From contig CAVXGR010000012.1 in NCBI GenBank assembly GCA_963761335.1, forward strand, positions 576,001 to 640,000: 64,000 nucleotides of DNA. The letters are read 5' to 3'. Positions within the stretch are counted from its first letter, which is position 1. Each line of letters opens with the position of its first letter. The notes beneath the pieces are model-generated. The model made no database searches, was not told the DNA's origin, and worked only from the letters and a program-made list of their open reading frames with translations. This DNA is from an uncultured delta proteobacterium. Lineage in GTDB: Bacteria > Desulfobacterota > Binatia > HRBIN30 > BPIQ01. A program made the translations under genes and the position numbers. This document shows positions 10,401 to 19,214 of this stretch, in pieces.

Positions 10401-11310
10401 GATGCTTGTCGCCGTAGTCGAGATTGCCGGCGAGGAGGGTGCCGCGATAATCGTCGTAGCGCCAATCCCTGACGGCGACCTTCGCCTGCACCCGGGGCTC
10501 GAGGAGATCGCCGCGGAGCGTCCCGGAGACCGACAGCTGGCCGGCGACCGGGGCCTGCAGGCCGAGCAGATCGGCCACCTTGCCGAGGGCGACGTCGGCG
10601 TCGACGGCGTCCAGGTGCGGCGCCGTGGACTTGGCGTCGATCGAGCCGAGATCGCTGCGCAAGGTCAGCTTGTCGACGACCAGGCCCTTCTGATCGACGC
10701 CGCCCTGGAGGGCGAGCTTCTGGACGCGCACCTGGCGCGGCCCGAGAGAGACGTCGATGGCCTCGCTGTGCAGCTCCACGATGGCGCGCCCGGCCTGCGT
10801 CTGCGCCGTCAGCTCGGCTCCCGGCGCCTCGATGGTCATCGGCTCCTCTCCGGGCAGCACCACCTTCAGGTGGCCGACGTCGAAGGACGACACATCGATC
10901 GAGGGCAGCGGCAGGATCGACTCGATCCCCTCCTCCGGCTTCTCCTCCGGCTTCTGCTCCCCGGCCGGCCAGCGGGTCGCGTCGACGATCAGGTTGCCGA
11001 GGTGTCCGCTCACCACCGGCTGGCGGCGCGTCAGGCTCTCTCCGGCTCGAACCCTCAGATCGACGTCGGAGAGCTGCAGGCTGGGGCTCTCGGGCTTGCC
11101 GATGGTGAGCTGGTCGAGATGCGCCGTCGTCTGCAAGATGTCTAGATGGAGGCCGCGGATGGAGACGTCCTGATCGGTCGCCTGTGCCAGCACGCCCTCC
11201 AGGCGCTGGCGCCCGAGCTCGACCAACCACGGCAGACCCCAGAACCACGCGAGCACCACCAGGGCAGTGATCAGCAGCACCAGGCCGAGCAGAACTCGGC
11301 GCCAGGTCAC
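7459..11310 (-). CDS. tamB: TamB/AsmA-family protein (DUF490-like C-terminus)
   Basis: N-terminal TM anchor, long beta-rich repeats, NPDLHFTA and LTIGKDIT C-terminal pattern; adjacent to Omp85. Confidence 0.85.
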   Translation of the reverse strand: MTWRRVLLGLVLLITALVVLAWFWGLPWLVELGRQRLEGVLAQATDQDVSIRGLHLDILQTTAHLDQLTIGKPESPSLQLSDVDLRVRAGESLTRRQPVVSGHLGNLIVDATRWPAGEQKPEEKPEEGIESILPLPSIDVSSFDVGHLKVVLPGEEPMTIEAPGAELTAQTQAGRAIVELHSEAIDVSLGPRQVRVQKLALQGGVDQKGLVVDKLTLRSDLGSIDAKSTAPHLDAVDADVALGKVADLLGLQAPVAGQLSVSGTLRGDLLEPRVQAKVAVRDWRYDDYRGTLLAGNLDYGDKHLQVSDLDVRGEGLQLAGNAALTIEGAYPFDAKVQVSGIDLAALGPRLGVANLEGSGSAELTAAGTISPFAVEQGNFDAALQGVRRASYAGSGLEVAAHAEASLAGGSGSADASVRLNGAEAIQAKVQVGANQSLDGHVEISVPNTAVLRPLEPTLQGGSVRLTAAIGGTTSSPAISGDIAANGVVVQGVRIDAVSGGFEATEKDLVAKQIEVRAVGGRAAVNGRVALQNGAENSWQVDVQNVDLEAMWTVANGLGLDLPYMSGELTAQASAQGEWSNLQLSGQLNGKPLALATERFSSVHADVEVTGKSWKVDAQIQHREGETLTLEGHGTGTEQVSLQAQSMPWALDGFGFIQKMGQNLEGTAVVQANITGSLRQPAGEAQVILQDVKVENRDIGQVTAKAQSVPQGWSLHIGTPSQKLVADGTVRSAAGYPYDFEVILDTVDLGPALSPEADLAVRTSGTLTAKGRLSEPTASLDMELRLPQLEISRSGLALSAQQPVVITGHKGRFDIGSLQLGGALGRLQASGYVELGGPMQVNVTADTDAAILELAGQVITSARGHLNVDANIRRSGGAWSLSGGGNLQNLAIDFGLPFGVTDANGSFQLHQNQIEVTGIQGKLGGGDFSVQGGVDMATGPDLSWQFVDISTGFLEDLEDRLSGTGKVTGSWSNLTVDGQITILSAVYSRDIGLQDLMPSLRRQVQRVGRPTQKGGTTVRLNLHVVATDGVYVDTPVATAEFRVDLRVLGTAAAPRLDGRVELLSGQVVVGREQLELIEGTIDFNNQPQINPDLHFTATATVQTAETDYDVTAQVVGTMQNFRVVLSSDDANLTQTDVFALLTLGKTSAQLQRAGGGAAAADILSLAPSLYGRQLSRDITQVLPVDRLQIEPTFSPTTGSFEPRLTIGKDITEQLSATVGSTFGAETRNSAGLEYQLTPSISVQGQWKSQTESQAGTFGGDIKFRHRFRHLPCLSVVGLCPGDVK

Positions 11311-11453
11311 CTGGGTTCTCCGACCCGCATGTCAGTTTCCCATGACCGAACGGAAAGGCACCCCCTAGTACTATCCGGCGGCATTGGATGTGTTAAGACG
11401 GCGAGATTGAAGAAAGCAACGGCGATGGCGTCAATGTCTTCGAAGTCCAACCC

Positions 11454-12830
11454 ATGAGACGACCGGCGACTCTCTGCTCACTGCTGGCGGTGGCTTCCGC
11501 CGCACTTCTCTGCGGGCCGCCGCCGGTGCGCGCGGTATCGCCGCCGGAGTCGTTCGCGCCGATCGTGCGCGCCGCCGGCCCGGCGGTGGCCTACATCTTC
11601 ACCACACAGGCACGGCGGATGCGGCGCTTCGGCATGCCCGGGGATCCGTTCGACGATTTCTTCCAGCGATTTTTCGGGGACGAGATGCCGCAGGTGCGCC
11701 CGCAGCAGAGCCTCGGCTCGGGATTCATCATCAGCGCCGACGGCTACATCGTCACCAACGCCCACGTGATCGCCGATGCCGTCAGCATCCGTGTCCGCCT
11801 GCACGACAAGCGGGAGTACGAGGCGGAGCTGGTGGGCAGCGACGCCAAGACCGACGTGGCCTTGATCAAGGTCGACGGCACCCACCTGCCGACGGTGAAG
11901 CTCGGCCACTCCGCCGGCCTCGAGATCGGCGACTGGGTACTCGCCATCGGCAATCCCTTCGGCCTCGAGCAGACGGTGACCGCGGGAATCGTCAGCGCCA
12001 AGGGGCGGGTCATCGGCGCCGGCCCATACGACGACTTCATCCAGACGGACGCGTCGATCAATCCCGGCAACTCGGGTGGACCGCTGCTCGACTCCGACGG
12101 CGAGGTCGTCGGCATCAACAGCGCCATCTTCAGCCGCAGCGGCGGCAACATCGGCATCGGCTTCGCCATCCCCATCGACTTGGCGCAGCACGTGATCGCC
12201 CAGCTCCGCGAGCACGGCCGCGTCATCCGCGGCTGGCTCGGGCTCGAGACGCAGGACATCACTCCCGAGCTGGCGCGCAGCTTCGGGCTGCCGCAGGCCA
12301 GCGGCGCGCTGGTGGTGCAGGTGGCTCCGGGGGGCCCGGCGGGCGAGGCCGGAATGCGGCGCGGCGACGTGGTCATCGCCTACGCCGGAAAGCCGGTCGC
12401 CGACAGCCGCGGGCTCCGCAGCCTGATTGCCGACGCTCCCATCGACGAGCAGGTCACCCTGCGCATCGTGCGCGACGGCCGCCAGTACTCGGTGCGCGCC
12501 AAGGTGTCCGGCATTCCGGGGGAGGCGGCGCGCCAGACGCGCCGCTCCGGTGAAGGCGGATGGGGCTTCGAGGTGTCGGAGCTGACGCCGCTGCTGGCAC
12601 GGCGCGCCGGCATACCGCCCGGTGTGCGCGGAGTCATGGTCACCGGGGTGACCGAGGGCGGCTCGGCGGCGGCGGCCGGCGTCGCCGAAGGCGACGTGAT
12701 CCGCGAGGTGAACCGCCGTGCGGTGACCTCCGTGGCGCAGCTGCAAGCCGCCGTGCGCCACACCGGCGAGCAGCTTCTCCTGCTCATTCAGCGGGGTCGA
12801 GGCGCCGGGTTTCTGCTGCTGCAGAGATAG
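11454..12830 (+). CDS. degP: DegP/DegQ (Do) serine endoprotease with two PDZ domains
   Basis: Signal peptide; GSGFII, TNAHV, TDVAL, QTDASINPGNSGGPL. Confidence 0.95.
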   Translation: MRRPATLCSLLAVASAALLCGPPPVRAVSPPESFAPIVRAAGPAVAYIFTTQARRMRRFGMPGDPFDDFFQRFFGDEMPQVRPQQSLGSGFIISADGYIVTNAHVIADAVSIRVRLHDKREYEAELVGSDAKTDVALIKVDGTHLPTVKLGHSAGLEIGDWVLAIGNPFGLEQTVTAGIVSAKGRVIGAGPYDDFIQTDASINPGNSGGPLLDSDGEVVGINSAIFSRSGGNIGIGFAIPIDLAQHVIAQLREHGRVIRGWLGLETQDITPELARSFGLPQASGALVVQVAPGGPAGEAGMRRGDVVIAYAGKPVADSRGLRSLIADAPIDEQVTLRIVRDGRQYSVRAKVSGIPGEAARQTRRSGEGGWGFEVSELTPLLARRAGIPPGVRGVMVTGVTEGGSAAAAGVAEGDVIREVNRRAVTSVAQLQAAVRHTGEQLLLLIQRGRGAGFLLLQR

Positions 12831-13049
12831 GTGCGGGCCCGCCGACGGGACCGGGACCCTTGACCCTTCGCCGGGGGAATATTAATTCGGCGCGGAGCAC
12901 TTCAGTCGCTGGCGACCTCACCGCCCCGCGTTGAGTGCCGCAGTGGAGGCACCATCGTCCAGGCACATCACATAGGAAGCGGTCAGGGGTCGGAAGAGCA
13001 AGCGGGCGGCAGCGGCGCTCCGCGGCGCCACCGCCGCTGGGTTTCGCTC

Positions 13050-14048
13050 ATGGTCGTCGTCGGCCTGGGCGTGCTGGTGCTGCTCTTCGTGCTCGCCGAC
13101 ACCCGCGCCCTGCTGCGCACCATCGAGCAGATCAATCCGTGGCTGCTGATCCTCCCGGTCCTGGCCACCTTGGGCAGCTATCTGGCGATGTCGAAGTCGT
13201 ACCAGGGAATCGCCCACGCCGCCGACTGCCCGTTTCCCTTCTGGGAGATGCTCAAGATCAGCTTCGTGGCCAACTCGATGAACTACATGGTGGCCACCGG
13301 CGGCCTCAGCGGCTTCGCCGCGCGCCTCTACTTCTTCACCCGCCGCGGCATTTCCGGGAGCACCGCGACCTCGATCTCGCTGGCCCAGGGGTTCATCACC
13401 AACGTCACGCTGCTGCTCTTCATTCTGATCGGCTTCGGCTACCTCATCGCCTCGGCGCGGCTCTCGCCGGCGGCGCTGGTGACCACTTCGATCCTCCTCG
13501 GGCTCTGCGTCGCCGCCACCATCATCTGCATCGTCTTCCTCTTCCGCCGGCGCCTGCGCCGTCGTGTCATCTTCGTCCTCTCGCAGACCGCCGACCGACT
13601 GCTGCACCGCTTCCTGCCGCGTTACAAGCCGGCGCGCACGCGCATCTGGCGCTTCCAGCGCAACTTGAACCTCGGCATCGACTTCCTGCTCGACCGCCGC
13701 ACGCACATGATCGCGCCGACCATCTGGATCCTGATCGACTGGCTACTGACCATGGGCATTCTCGAGTTCGCCTTCTTGTGTGTCGGCTACCCGATCTCCT
13801 TCAGCGTGCTGATCATCGGCTTCGCCCTCGGCCTGACGCTGTCCTTGATATCGATCATCCCCGCCGGCCTCGGTGTCATGGAGGGCTCGATGGCGGCGGT
13901 GTTCACCAGCCTCGACGTCCCCTTCGAGACGGCCGTGGTCGCCGTGCTGATCTTCCGCGTCGCCTTCCACGTCATCCCCCTGGTGACCAGCGTGTTCTTC
14001 TTCCACGGCCTCTTCGTCGAGGGCCGCGCCCACAGCGGCGAGGGCTGA
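13050..14048 (+). CDS. Lysylphosphatidylglycerol synthase TM-domain / flippase-like (UPF0104) membrane protein
   Basis: Multi-TM; IPAGLGVMEG and VLIFR motifs; start uncertain because the frame is open upstream. Confidence 0.8.
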   Translation: MVVVGLGVLVLLFVLADTRALLRTIEQINPWLLILPVLATLGSYLAMSKSYQGIAHAADCPFPFWEMLKISFVANSMNYMVATGGLSGFAARLYFFTRRGISGSTATSISLAQGFITNVTLLLFILIGFGYLIASARLSPAALVTTSILLGLCVAATIICIVFLFRRRLRRRVIFVLSQTADRLLHRFLPRYKPARTRIWRFQRNLNLGIDFLLDRRTHMIAPTIWILIDWLLTMGILEFAFLCVGYPISFSVLIIGFALGLTLSLISIIPAGLGVMEGSMAAVFTSLDVPFETAVVAVLIFRVAFHVIPLVTSVFFFHGLFVEGRAHSGEG

Positions 14049-14063
14049 GGGGGCGAGGGTTTC

Positions 14064-14250
14064 GGGTGTTGAGGGGTGGGTGTTGAGGGGTGGGTGTTGA
14101 GGGGTTGCGGGGTTGGGGGGAATCGTGCTCGTGCTCGTAATCGCGGGATAACCCCCTCCGCCCCGCCGACGCGGCGGGACGCCGCGTCTACGCCGATCTG
14201 CTTCCCCGCTCGCCAACAGCCAACACCTCAATACCCAACACCTATCACCT
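14064..14250. repeat. Composite intergenic repeat: (GGGTGTTGAGGGGT)x3, hexamer tract, single GTAG REP, complementary CCAACAC tract
   Basis: 14064-14106 tandem; TCGTGCTCGTGCTCGTAATCG 14123-14143; CCGACGCGGCGGGACGCCGCGTCTAC 14166-14191; C/A tract 14213-14250. Confidence 0.8.
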
Positions 14251-14314
14251 TGACTTTTCACGAGAATCATTCAGACTGCGGGGCCAGCTGGGGTGGATGA
14301 GGATGAGGATCGGC

Positions 14315-15562
14315 ATGCGCAAGAGACTGGCGAGCTCGGCATTGGTCGTCGCGGTCGCCCTGCTGGTGCCGGCGCTGACCGTTGCGGCGGCGCCGGCGAC
14401 CCTGGGCAGGATCACCGCCAAGGCGGCGATCCTGATGAATCGGCACACCCATGAGGTGATCTGGCAGCGGAACGCCGATCTGCCGTTGCCGCCGGCGAGC
14501 ACCACCAAGGTGCTGACCACGCTCGTGGCCCTGCGCAGTGCCCACCTCGACGACGTTTTCACGGTGAGCGAGGAGGCGGCGCAAGCGCCGCCGTCCAAGG
14601 TGCATCTGCGGCCCGGATGGCGGCTGACGCTCGAGGACCTCGCCTACGCCATCCTGCTCAACTCCGCCAACGACGCCGCCGAGGTGGTGGCCGAGAACGT
14701 CGCCGGATCGATCCCGGCGTTCGCCCGCCGCATGATGCGTCAGGCGCGCCAGGTGGGCGCCGTGAACAGCTTCTTCGTCAACCCACACGGCCTTCCCGCC
14801 GCGGGCCACGTGTCCACCGCCCGCGACCTGGCGTTGATCTTCGACGAGGCGCTCCAGGAGCCCGAGTTTCGCAGGATCGTCTCGACCCAGCGCATGGTCA
14901 TCGAGCCGGAACGCGGATTGCGGCGACCGATCCGCCTGCACAATCACAACCGCCTGCTGGACCGCTACAAGGTGCCGGTGGTGGGCAAGACGGGATGGAC
15001 GATCGCCGCCAAGAAGTGCTTCGTCGGCGCCGCCCTGCCCGACACGGGGCCCGAGATCCTGGTCGCCGTTCTCGGCTCGAAGGATCTGTGGGGCGACGTG
15101 ACCAAGCTGCTGAACTACGGACTTTCCGGCGATCGTTTCCCCGAGCCGCCCGACCTGCAGATGGCGCAAGCAGACGCCGATGCGGTCCCCGAGCCGCCGC
15201 CGGTCGGCGCCGGAGACAGCGAGGAGCTCAGCCCGGCGCCGCCGCGGCGCGCGCACCGACACGCGCATCGGCCGGCGCTGCGGAGCGCTCCTGCGTCGCC
15301 GGCGTCAGAGAACGGCTCGCTGCAGAGCTACGCCGTGCAGCTGGCCACATTCGAGAGCCCCGATCGCGCCCGCGAGCTGGTCTCGGCGGCAGAGCGCAAG
15401 GGCTACAAGGCCCGCATCCGCCGCATCGCCCGCTCCAACCGCACCATGTACCGCGTCACCATGGGCGATTTCGCCAGTCACGGCGCCGCCCGTTCCGCTG
15501 CGGCGCGCATGCGCCACGAGTACGAAGACCTCCGCCCGCTGGTGGTCGCCCCCTCGACGTAA
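14315..15562 (+). CDS. D-alanyl-D-alanine carboxypeptidase (S11) with C-terminal SPOR domain
   Basis: PASTTK (SxxK), SAND (SxN), NPHGL, GKTG; YAVQLATF...YRV SPOR pattern; GAGGA upstream of ATG 14315. Confidence 0.92.
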   Translation: MRKRLASSALVVAVALLVPALTVAAAPATLGRITAKAAILMNRHTHEVIWQRNADLPLPPASTTKVLTTLVALRSAHLDDVFTVSEEAAQAPPSKVHLRPGWRLTLEDLAYAILLNSANDAAEVVAENVAGSIPAFARRMMRQARQVGAVNSFFVNPHGLPAAGHVSTARDLALIFDEALQEPEFRRIVSTQRMVIEPERGLRRPIRLHNHNRLLDRYKVPVVGKTGWTIAAKKCFVGAALPDTGPEILVAVLGSKDLWGDVTKLLNYGLSGDRFPEPPDLQMAQADADAVPEPPPVGAGDSEELSPAPPRRAHRHAHRPALRSAPASPASENGSLQSYAVQLATFESPDRARELVSAAERKGYKARIRRIARSNRTMYRVTMGDFASHGAARSAAARMRHEYEDLRPLVVAPST

Positions 15563-15619
15563 GCGCGGTCGGTGACTCGGTGACCGAGGAACCGAGCCAC
15601 TGAGACACAGTACCGCGCC

Positions 15620-16897
15620 TCACTCCACAGCGGCGCGGATGAGGTGAACGAGCTGGATGTTCTCGCTGTGTCCGGTCAGGCGCGCCGTGATGGCGCCGCG
15701 GATCGGGCGGCCGAGGAGATAGAAGTCGCCCATGATGTCGAGGATCTTGTGGCGCACGAACTCGTCGGGGAAACGCAGGGTGGTGTTCACCACCCGCTCG
15801 TCGTCGACGAGAATGCAGTTGTCGAGGCGGCCGCCGCTGGCGAGGCCGAGAGCGGCCATGGCCTTCATGTCGCGCAGGAAGCCGAAGGTGCGCGCCGGAG
15901 CGATCTGCTCGCGGAAGGACTCCGGTCCGTCGTAGTCGTAGCGCAGGCGCTGCTCGCCCACCGGCGGCGGATAGCGCAGCGTGTAATCGATGCTGAAGCC
16001 ATCGGCCGGATCGATGCGGATCATCTCCCCCGACTCCTCGCCGACGCACAGGGGCTCGCGGATGACGATCTCTTCCAGCGGCGCCACCTGCTCTTCGATG
16101 CCGGCGCTCTCGATCAGCTGGCAGAACTCAATCGCCGAGCCGTCCATGATCGGCACCTCGCCCTGCACCTTCACCAGCAGGTTGGTGATGCGGTAGGCGT
16201 GCAGAGTCGCCAGCAGGTGCTCGACGGTCTTGGCACTGACGCCGTTGCGGTGCAGTCCGGTGGCGTAGCCGGTCGAGTCGACGAAGTCGACGCGGGCGGG
16301 AACGGTGTCGGCGGCCGCCAGGCTGCCGAAGACGATGCCGCTGCCCGCAGGCATCGGCTGCAGGATCAGGCCGGTCTTCACCCCCGAGTGCAGCCCGTGA
16401 CCACTGGCGACGACGCTGCGCCGCAGCGTCTTCTCGCGAAGCGCGGGCAAGGCCACGGTGGAGCCGGGCGCCGCGCCGCCGCCCTCCGGAGCGGCGCAGC
16501 CGTCCTCGGCATCCTCGCCGCGCGTGTGCCGCCGGGCATGGTGCTCGAGGGCGCGGTTGACGATGCGCAGCAGGCCGTCGAGGGGAAACGGCTTCTCGAT
16601 GAAATCGAAGGCGCCGAGCTTGGTGGCGGTCACCGCGGTCTCGATGTTGCCGTGCCCGGAGATCATCACCACTTCCGGGCCGGCGTTCTCGGCCTTCAGC
16701 TCGCGCAGCAGCTGGATGCCGTCGAGCTCCGGCATCCAGATGTCGAGCAGAACCAGCTCGGGGTGCTCGCGGCGCACGATCTCGCGCGCCACCATCCCGT
16801 CCTCCGCCTCGATGACGCGCAGCCCCTCGTCGGCCAGCACACCCCGCAGGGAAGCGCGAATGTCGGCTTCGTCATCCACCACCAGAACCGTCGGCAT
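15620..16897 (-). CDS. lpxC: Response-regulator receiver domain fused to LpxC (UDP-3-O-acyl-GlcNAc deacetylase)
   Basis: aa 1-120 REC (VVDDE, LLD52IWMP, ISGHGNIETAV, EK102PF); aa ~154-425 LpxC (GHGLHSG, TVEHLLA, EVPIMDGSA, IAPARTFGF, HKILDIMGD, TGH); SD GAAGGGAG. Confidence 0.93.
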   Translation of the reverse strand: MPTVLVVDDEADIRASLRGVLADEGLRVIEAEDGMVAREIVRREHPELVLLDIWMPELDGIQLLRELKAENAGPEVVMISGHGNIETAVTATKLGAFDFIEKPFPLDGLLRIVNRALEHHARRHTRGEDAEDGCAAPEGGGAAPGSTVALPALREKTLRRSVVASGHGLHSGVKTGLILQPMPAGSGIVFGSLAAADTVPARVDFVDSTGYATGLHRNGVSAKTVEHLLATLHAYRITNLLVKVQGEVPIMDGSAIEFCQLIESAGIEEQVAPLEEIVIREPLCVGEESGEMIRIDPADGFSIDYTLRYPPPVGEQRLRYDYDGPESFREQIAPARTFGFLRDMKAMAALGLASGGRLDNCILVDDERVVNTTLRFPDEFVRHKILDIMGDFYLLGRPIRGAITARLTGHSENIQLVHLIRAAVE

Positions 16898-16929
16898 TGG
16901 ATCTCCCTTCTGTCGCCGCTACGTCCGCG

Positions 16930-19176
16930 TCACGCGCGAATGGCGTGCAAGGCGTTCTCGCGACGCCGCAGCGGCAGCTCGATGATGAAGCGGCTGCCGC
17001 GCGGGGCGTTGTCGCGCACGCGGAGGTAGGCCTGGTGATCCGCAGCAATTGCGGAGACGATCGCCAGCCCCAGTCCGGTGCCATCCTTCTTCGTCGAAAC
17101 ATACGGCTCGAACAGCCGTCCCCTCACCTCCGGCGGAATGCCACAGCCGTTGTCGGCCACCTCGAGCTGTACCGTGCCGATGCGCTCCCGGTACGAGGTC
17201 GAGATCTCGATGCGCGGCCCGCCGTCCTCCCCGGCACCCTGGCACGCCGCCACGGCATTGTCGAGAAGGTTGATCACCGCCCGCTTGATCGCCTCCCGGT
17301 CGATCTCCACCAGGGGCAGATCCGGCTCCGGAGTGAAGATGAAGCCGATGTCGCGGTGCCCCTCGCGGAAGAGGACCAGCGCCTCGTCGATGACCGCGTT
17401 GAGATCGTGGGGCGCCATGTCCGCGGGCGGCAGCCGGGCGAAGCTGGCGAACTCGTTGACCAGGCGCTTGAGCCCCTCCACCTGGCGGATGATGGTGCGG
17501 GTGCACTCGTCGAGCACCGAGCCGTCGCTGCCGTTGAGGATGCTCGCATAGCGTCTGCGCAGGCGTTGCGCCGACAGCTGAATCGGGGTGAGAGGATTCT
17601 TGATCTCGTGGGCGATCCGCCGCGCCACCTCGCGCCAGGCCTCCATGCGCTCGACGCGCAGCATGTGACTGACGTCGTCGAAGAAGACCATGACACCGAG
17701 GCGTGCCCCGGCCTCGTCGCGCAGCACGGCGACGGTCACCAGAGCCGTGATGATGCGCTGACCGCCGCTGAGCTTCACCTGGCGTTCCACTTCGTCCTGC
17801 TCGCCGCGCGCCACCACGCCGATCATCTCGCCGACATCGCGCAGATCGTTGCGCGCCAAGAGGCTCTTCCAGTCGGCGCCGCGCGCGGCGCTTCCCTCGA
17901 CGCCCAGCATCTTCTCGGCGGCGCGGTTGATGGTGCTGATCTCTCCCCCCTGGCCGATGGAGACGACGCCGGCGGTGACGTTGGCGAGCACCGCCTCGAT
18001 ATAGCGGCGCCCATCCTCGAGCTCGCCGTGAATCTGCTTCAGCTCGGCGGTCATCTGATTGAACGAGATCACCACCGTGGCCAGCTCCTCGTCGGCCCCC
18101 GCCTCGATACGATGGTCCCAGTTGCCCTGGGCGACCTCGCGGGTGCCCTCGGAGAGCCGTTGCAGAGGCACGGTGATGCCCTTGGCGACGCGAAAGCCAA
18201 ACCAGGTGGCGGCAAAGATCACCACCAGGGTGATCAGCGTCAAGGTGAGGATGTAGCTGTTCTTCATCGGCTGCCGCAGCACGCCGAAGTGACGGAACTC
18301 CTGGTACGACTGGGCGATGTCGCGCGCCCGGCTGCTGACGCTCCGGCCGATGACATAGTCGACCAGAACGCTGCCCAGCAGCGCCCCGTCGGCGCCGCGC
18401 ACCGGCACCGCGGCGCGCACGATGTCGCTGCCCCCCGCCGGGTGGGTGACCACCATCTTCTCGCCCCGGTGCAGCTCGGCGAGCTCGTCGGCGGCGGGCG
18501 TGATGCGCAGGGCGCTCGTCTGCGGGTCCTCGGCGACGGCGACGATCTTGCCGTCGGGGGAGACGGCCTCGACGCGCGCCAGGTTGTAGGCGAGACAGGC
18601 GTTCTCGAGGCGGCGCTGCAGGGCCATGTGGTGCGGCTCGTTCCACAGCTGCGGCTCGGCGATGCCGTCGCCGATCTGCTCGCCGAAGTGAAGGGCGCTG
18701 TTGCCCGCCTGCTGATAGATGACCTGGGCGATGTCGAGGGCGCTGTTGAGGGCACTCTCGACGCGCACACTGAACCAGCTGTCGAAGGCGCGCGCCAGGA
18801 ACCCCTGCGAGACCATGAAAAGCAGGGTGGTGGGAATGAGAGTCAGGCCCACGAAGGCCACCACCAGCCGCGTGCGCAGGCGCGAGCCGAGGATTCCCCG
18901 CCGCCGCTCCAGCGCCAACTTGGCGAAGTTGCGGATGACCAGGAAGACGATGAGGACGAGGAGGATGAGATTGAGGTTGATGAGCAGGAAGAAGACGAGA
19001 TTGCCCGGCATCGAGCCGCTGTCGCCGAAACGCGGCATCCACGTCTCGACCACGGCAAAGAAGCCGAAGACGACGGCGGCCAGGAAGATCAGGAAGATCT
19101 CCCAGCGACGGCGGCGGCGCTCATCGGCCGGGATGCCGGGGGCCTCGCCGCTCAAGGTGAGTAGCCACCGCCACAT
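16930..19176 (-). CDS. ntrY: NtrY-like membrane sensor histidine kinase (TMs, periplasmic domain, HAMP, PAS, HisKA, HATPase)
   Basis: GSRLRTRLV, AWREVARRIAHEIKNPLTPIQLSAQRL H-box, NLLDNA, DNGCG, FEPYVSTK, GTGLGLAIV. Confidence 0.9.
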   Translation of the reverse strand: MWRWLLTLSGEAPGIPADERRRRRWEIFLIFLAAVVFGFFAVVETWMPRFGDSGSMPGNLVFFLLINLNLILLVLIVFLVIRNFAKLALERRRGILGSRLRTRLVVAFVGLTLIPTTLLFMVSQGFLARAFDSWFSVRVESALNSALDIAQVIYQQAGNSALHFGEQIGDGIAEPQLWNEPHHMALQRRLENACLAYNLARVEAVSPDGKIVAVAEDPQTSALRITPAADELAELHRGEKMVVTHPAGGSDIVRAAVPVRGADGALLGSVLVDYVIGRSVSSRARDIAQSYQEFRHFGVLRQPMKNSYILTLTLITLVVIFAATWFGFRVAKGITVPLQRLSEGTREVAQGNWDHRIEAGADEELATVVISFNQMTAELKQIHGELEDGRRYIEAVLANVTAGVVSIGQGGEISTINRAAEKMLGVEGSAARGADWKSLLARNDLRDVGEMIGVVARGEQDEVERQVKLSGGQRIITALVTVAVLRDEAGARLGVMVFFDDVSHMLRVERMEAWREVARRIAHEIKNPLTPIQLSAQRLRRRYASILNGSDGSVLDECTRTIIRQVEGLKRLVNEFASFARLPPADMAPHDLNAVIDEALVLFREGHRDIGFIFTPEPDLPLVEIDREAIKRAVINLLDNAVAACQGAGEDGGPRIEISTSYRERIGTVQLEVADNGCGIPPEVRGRLFEPYVSTKKDGTGLGLAIVSAIAADHQAYLRVRDNAPRGSRFIIELPLRRRENALHAIRA

Positions 19177-19185
19177 GAGTGCCCT

Positions 19186-19214
19186 ATTCTACGGAAGCCG
19201 GTGGGGACAGGCAA
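19186..19214 (-). promoter_or_regulatory. Putative promoter of the kinase/REC-LpxC operon (TTGCCT-N17-TAGAAT)
   Basis: -35 at 19214-19209, -10 at 19191-19186, ATG 9 nt downstream. Confidence 0.6.

Noticed and set aside
4604..11145. Long + strand ORFs 4604-7807 and 7408-11145
   Set aside because: Antisense shadows of omp85/tamB, expected at high GC; no recognisable motifs
14315..15562. DD-carboxypeptidase-SPOR fusion as a novelty
   Set aside because: Known domain architecture
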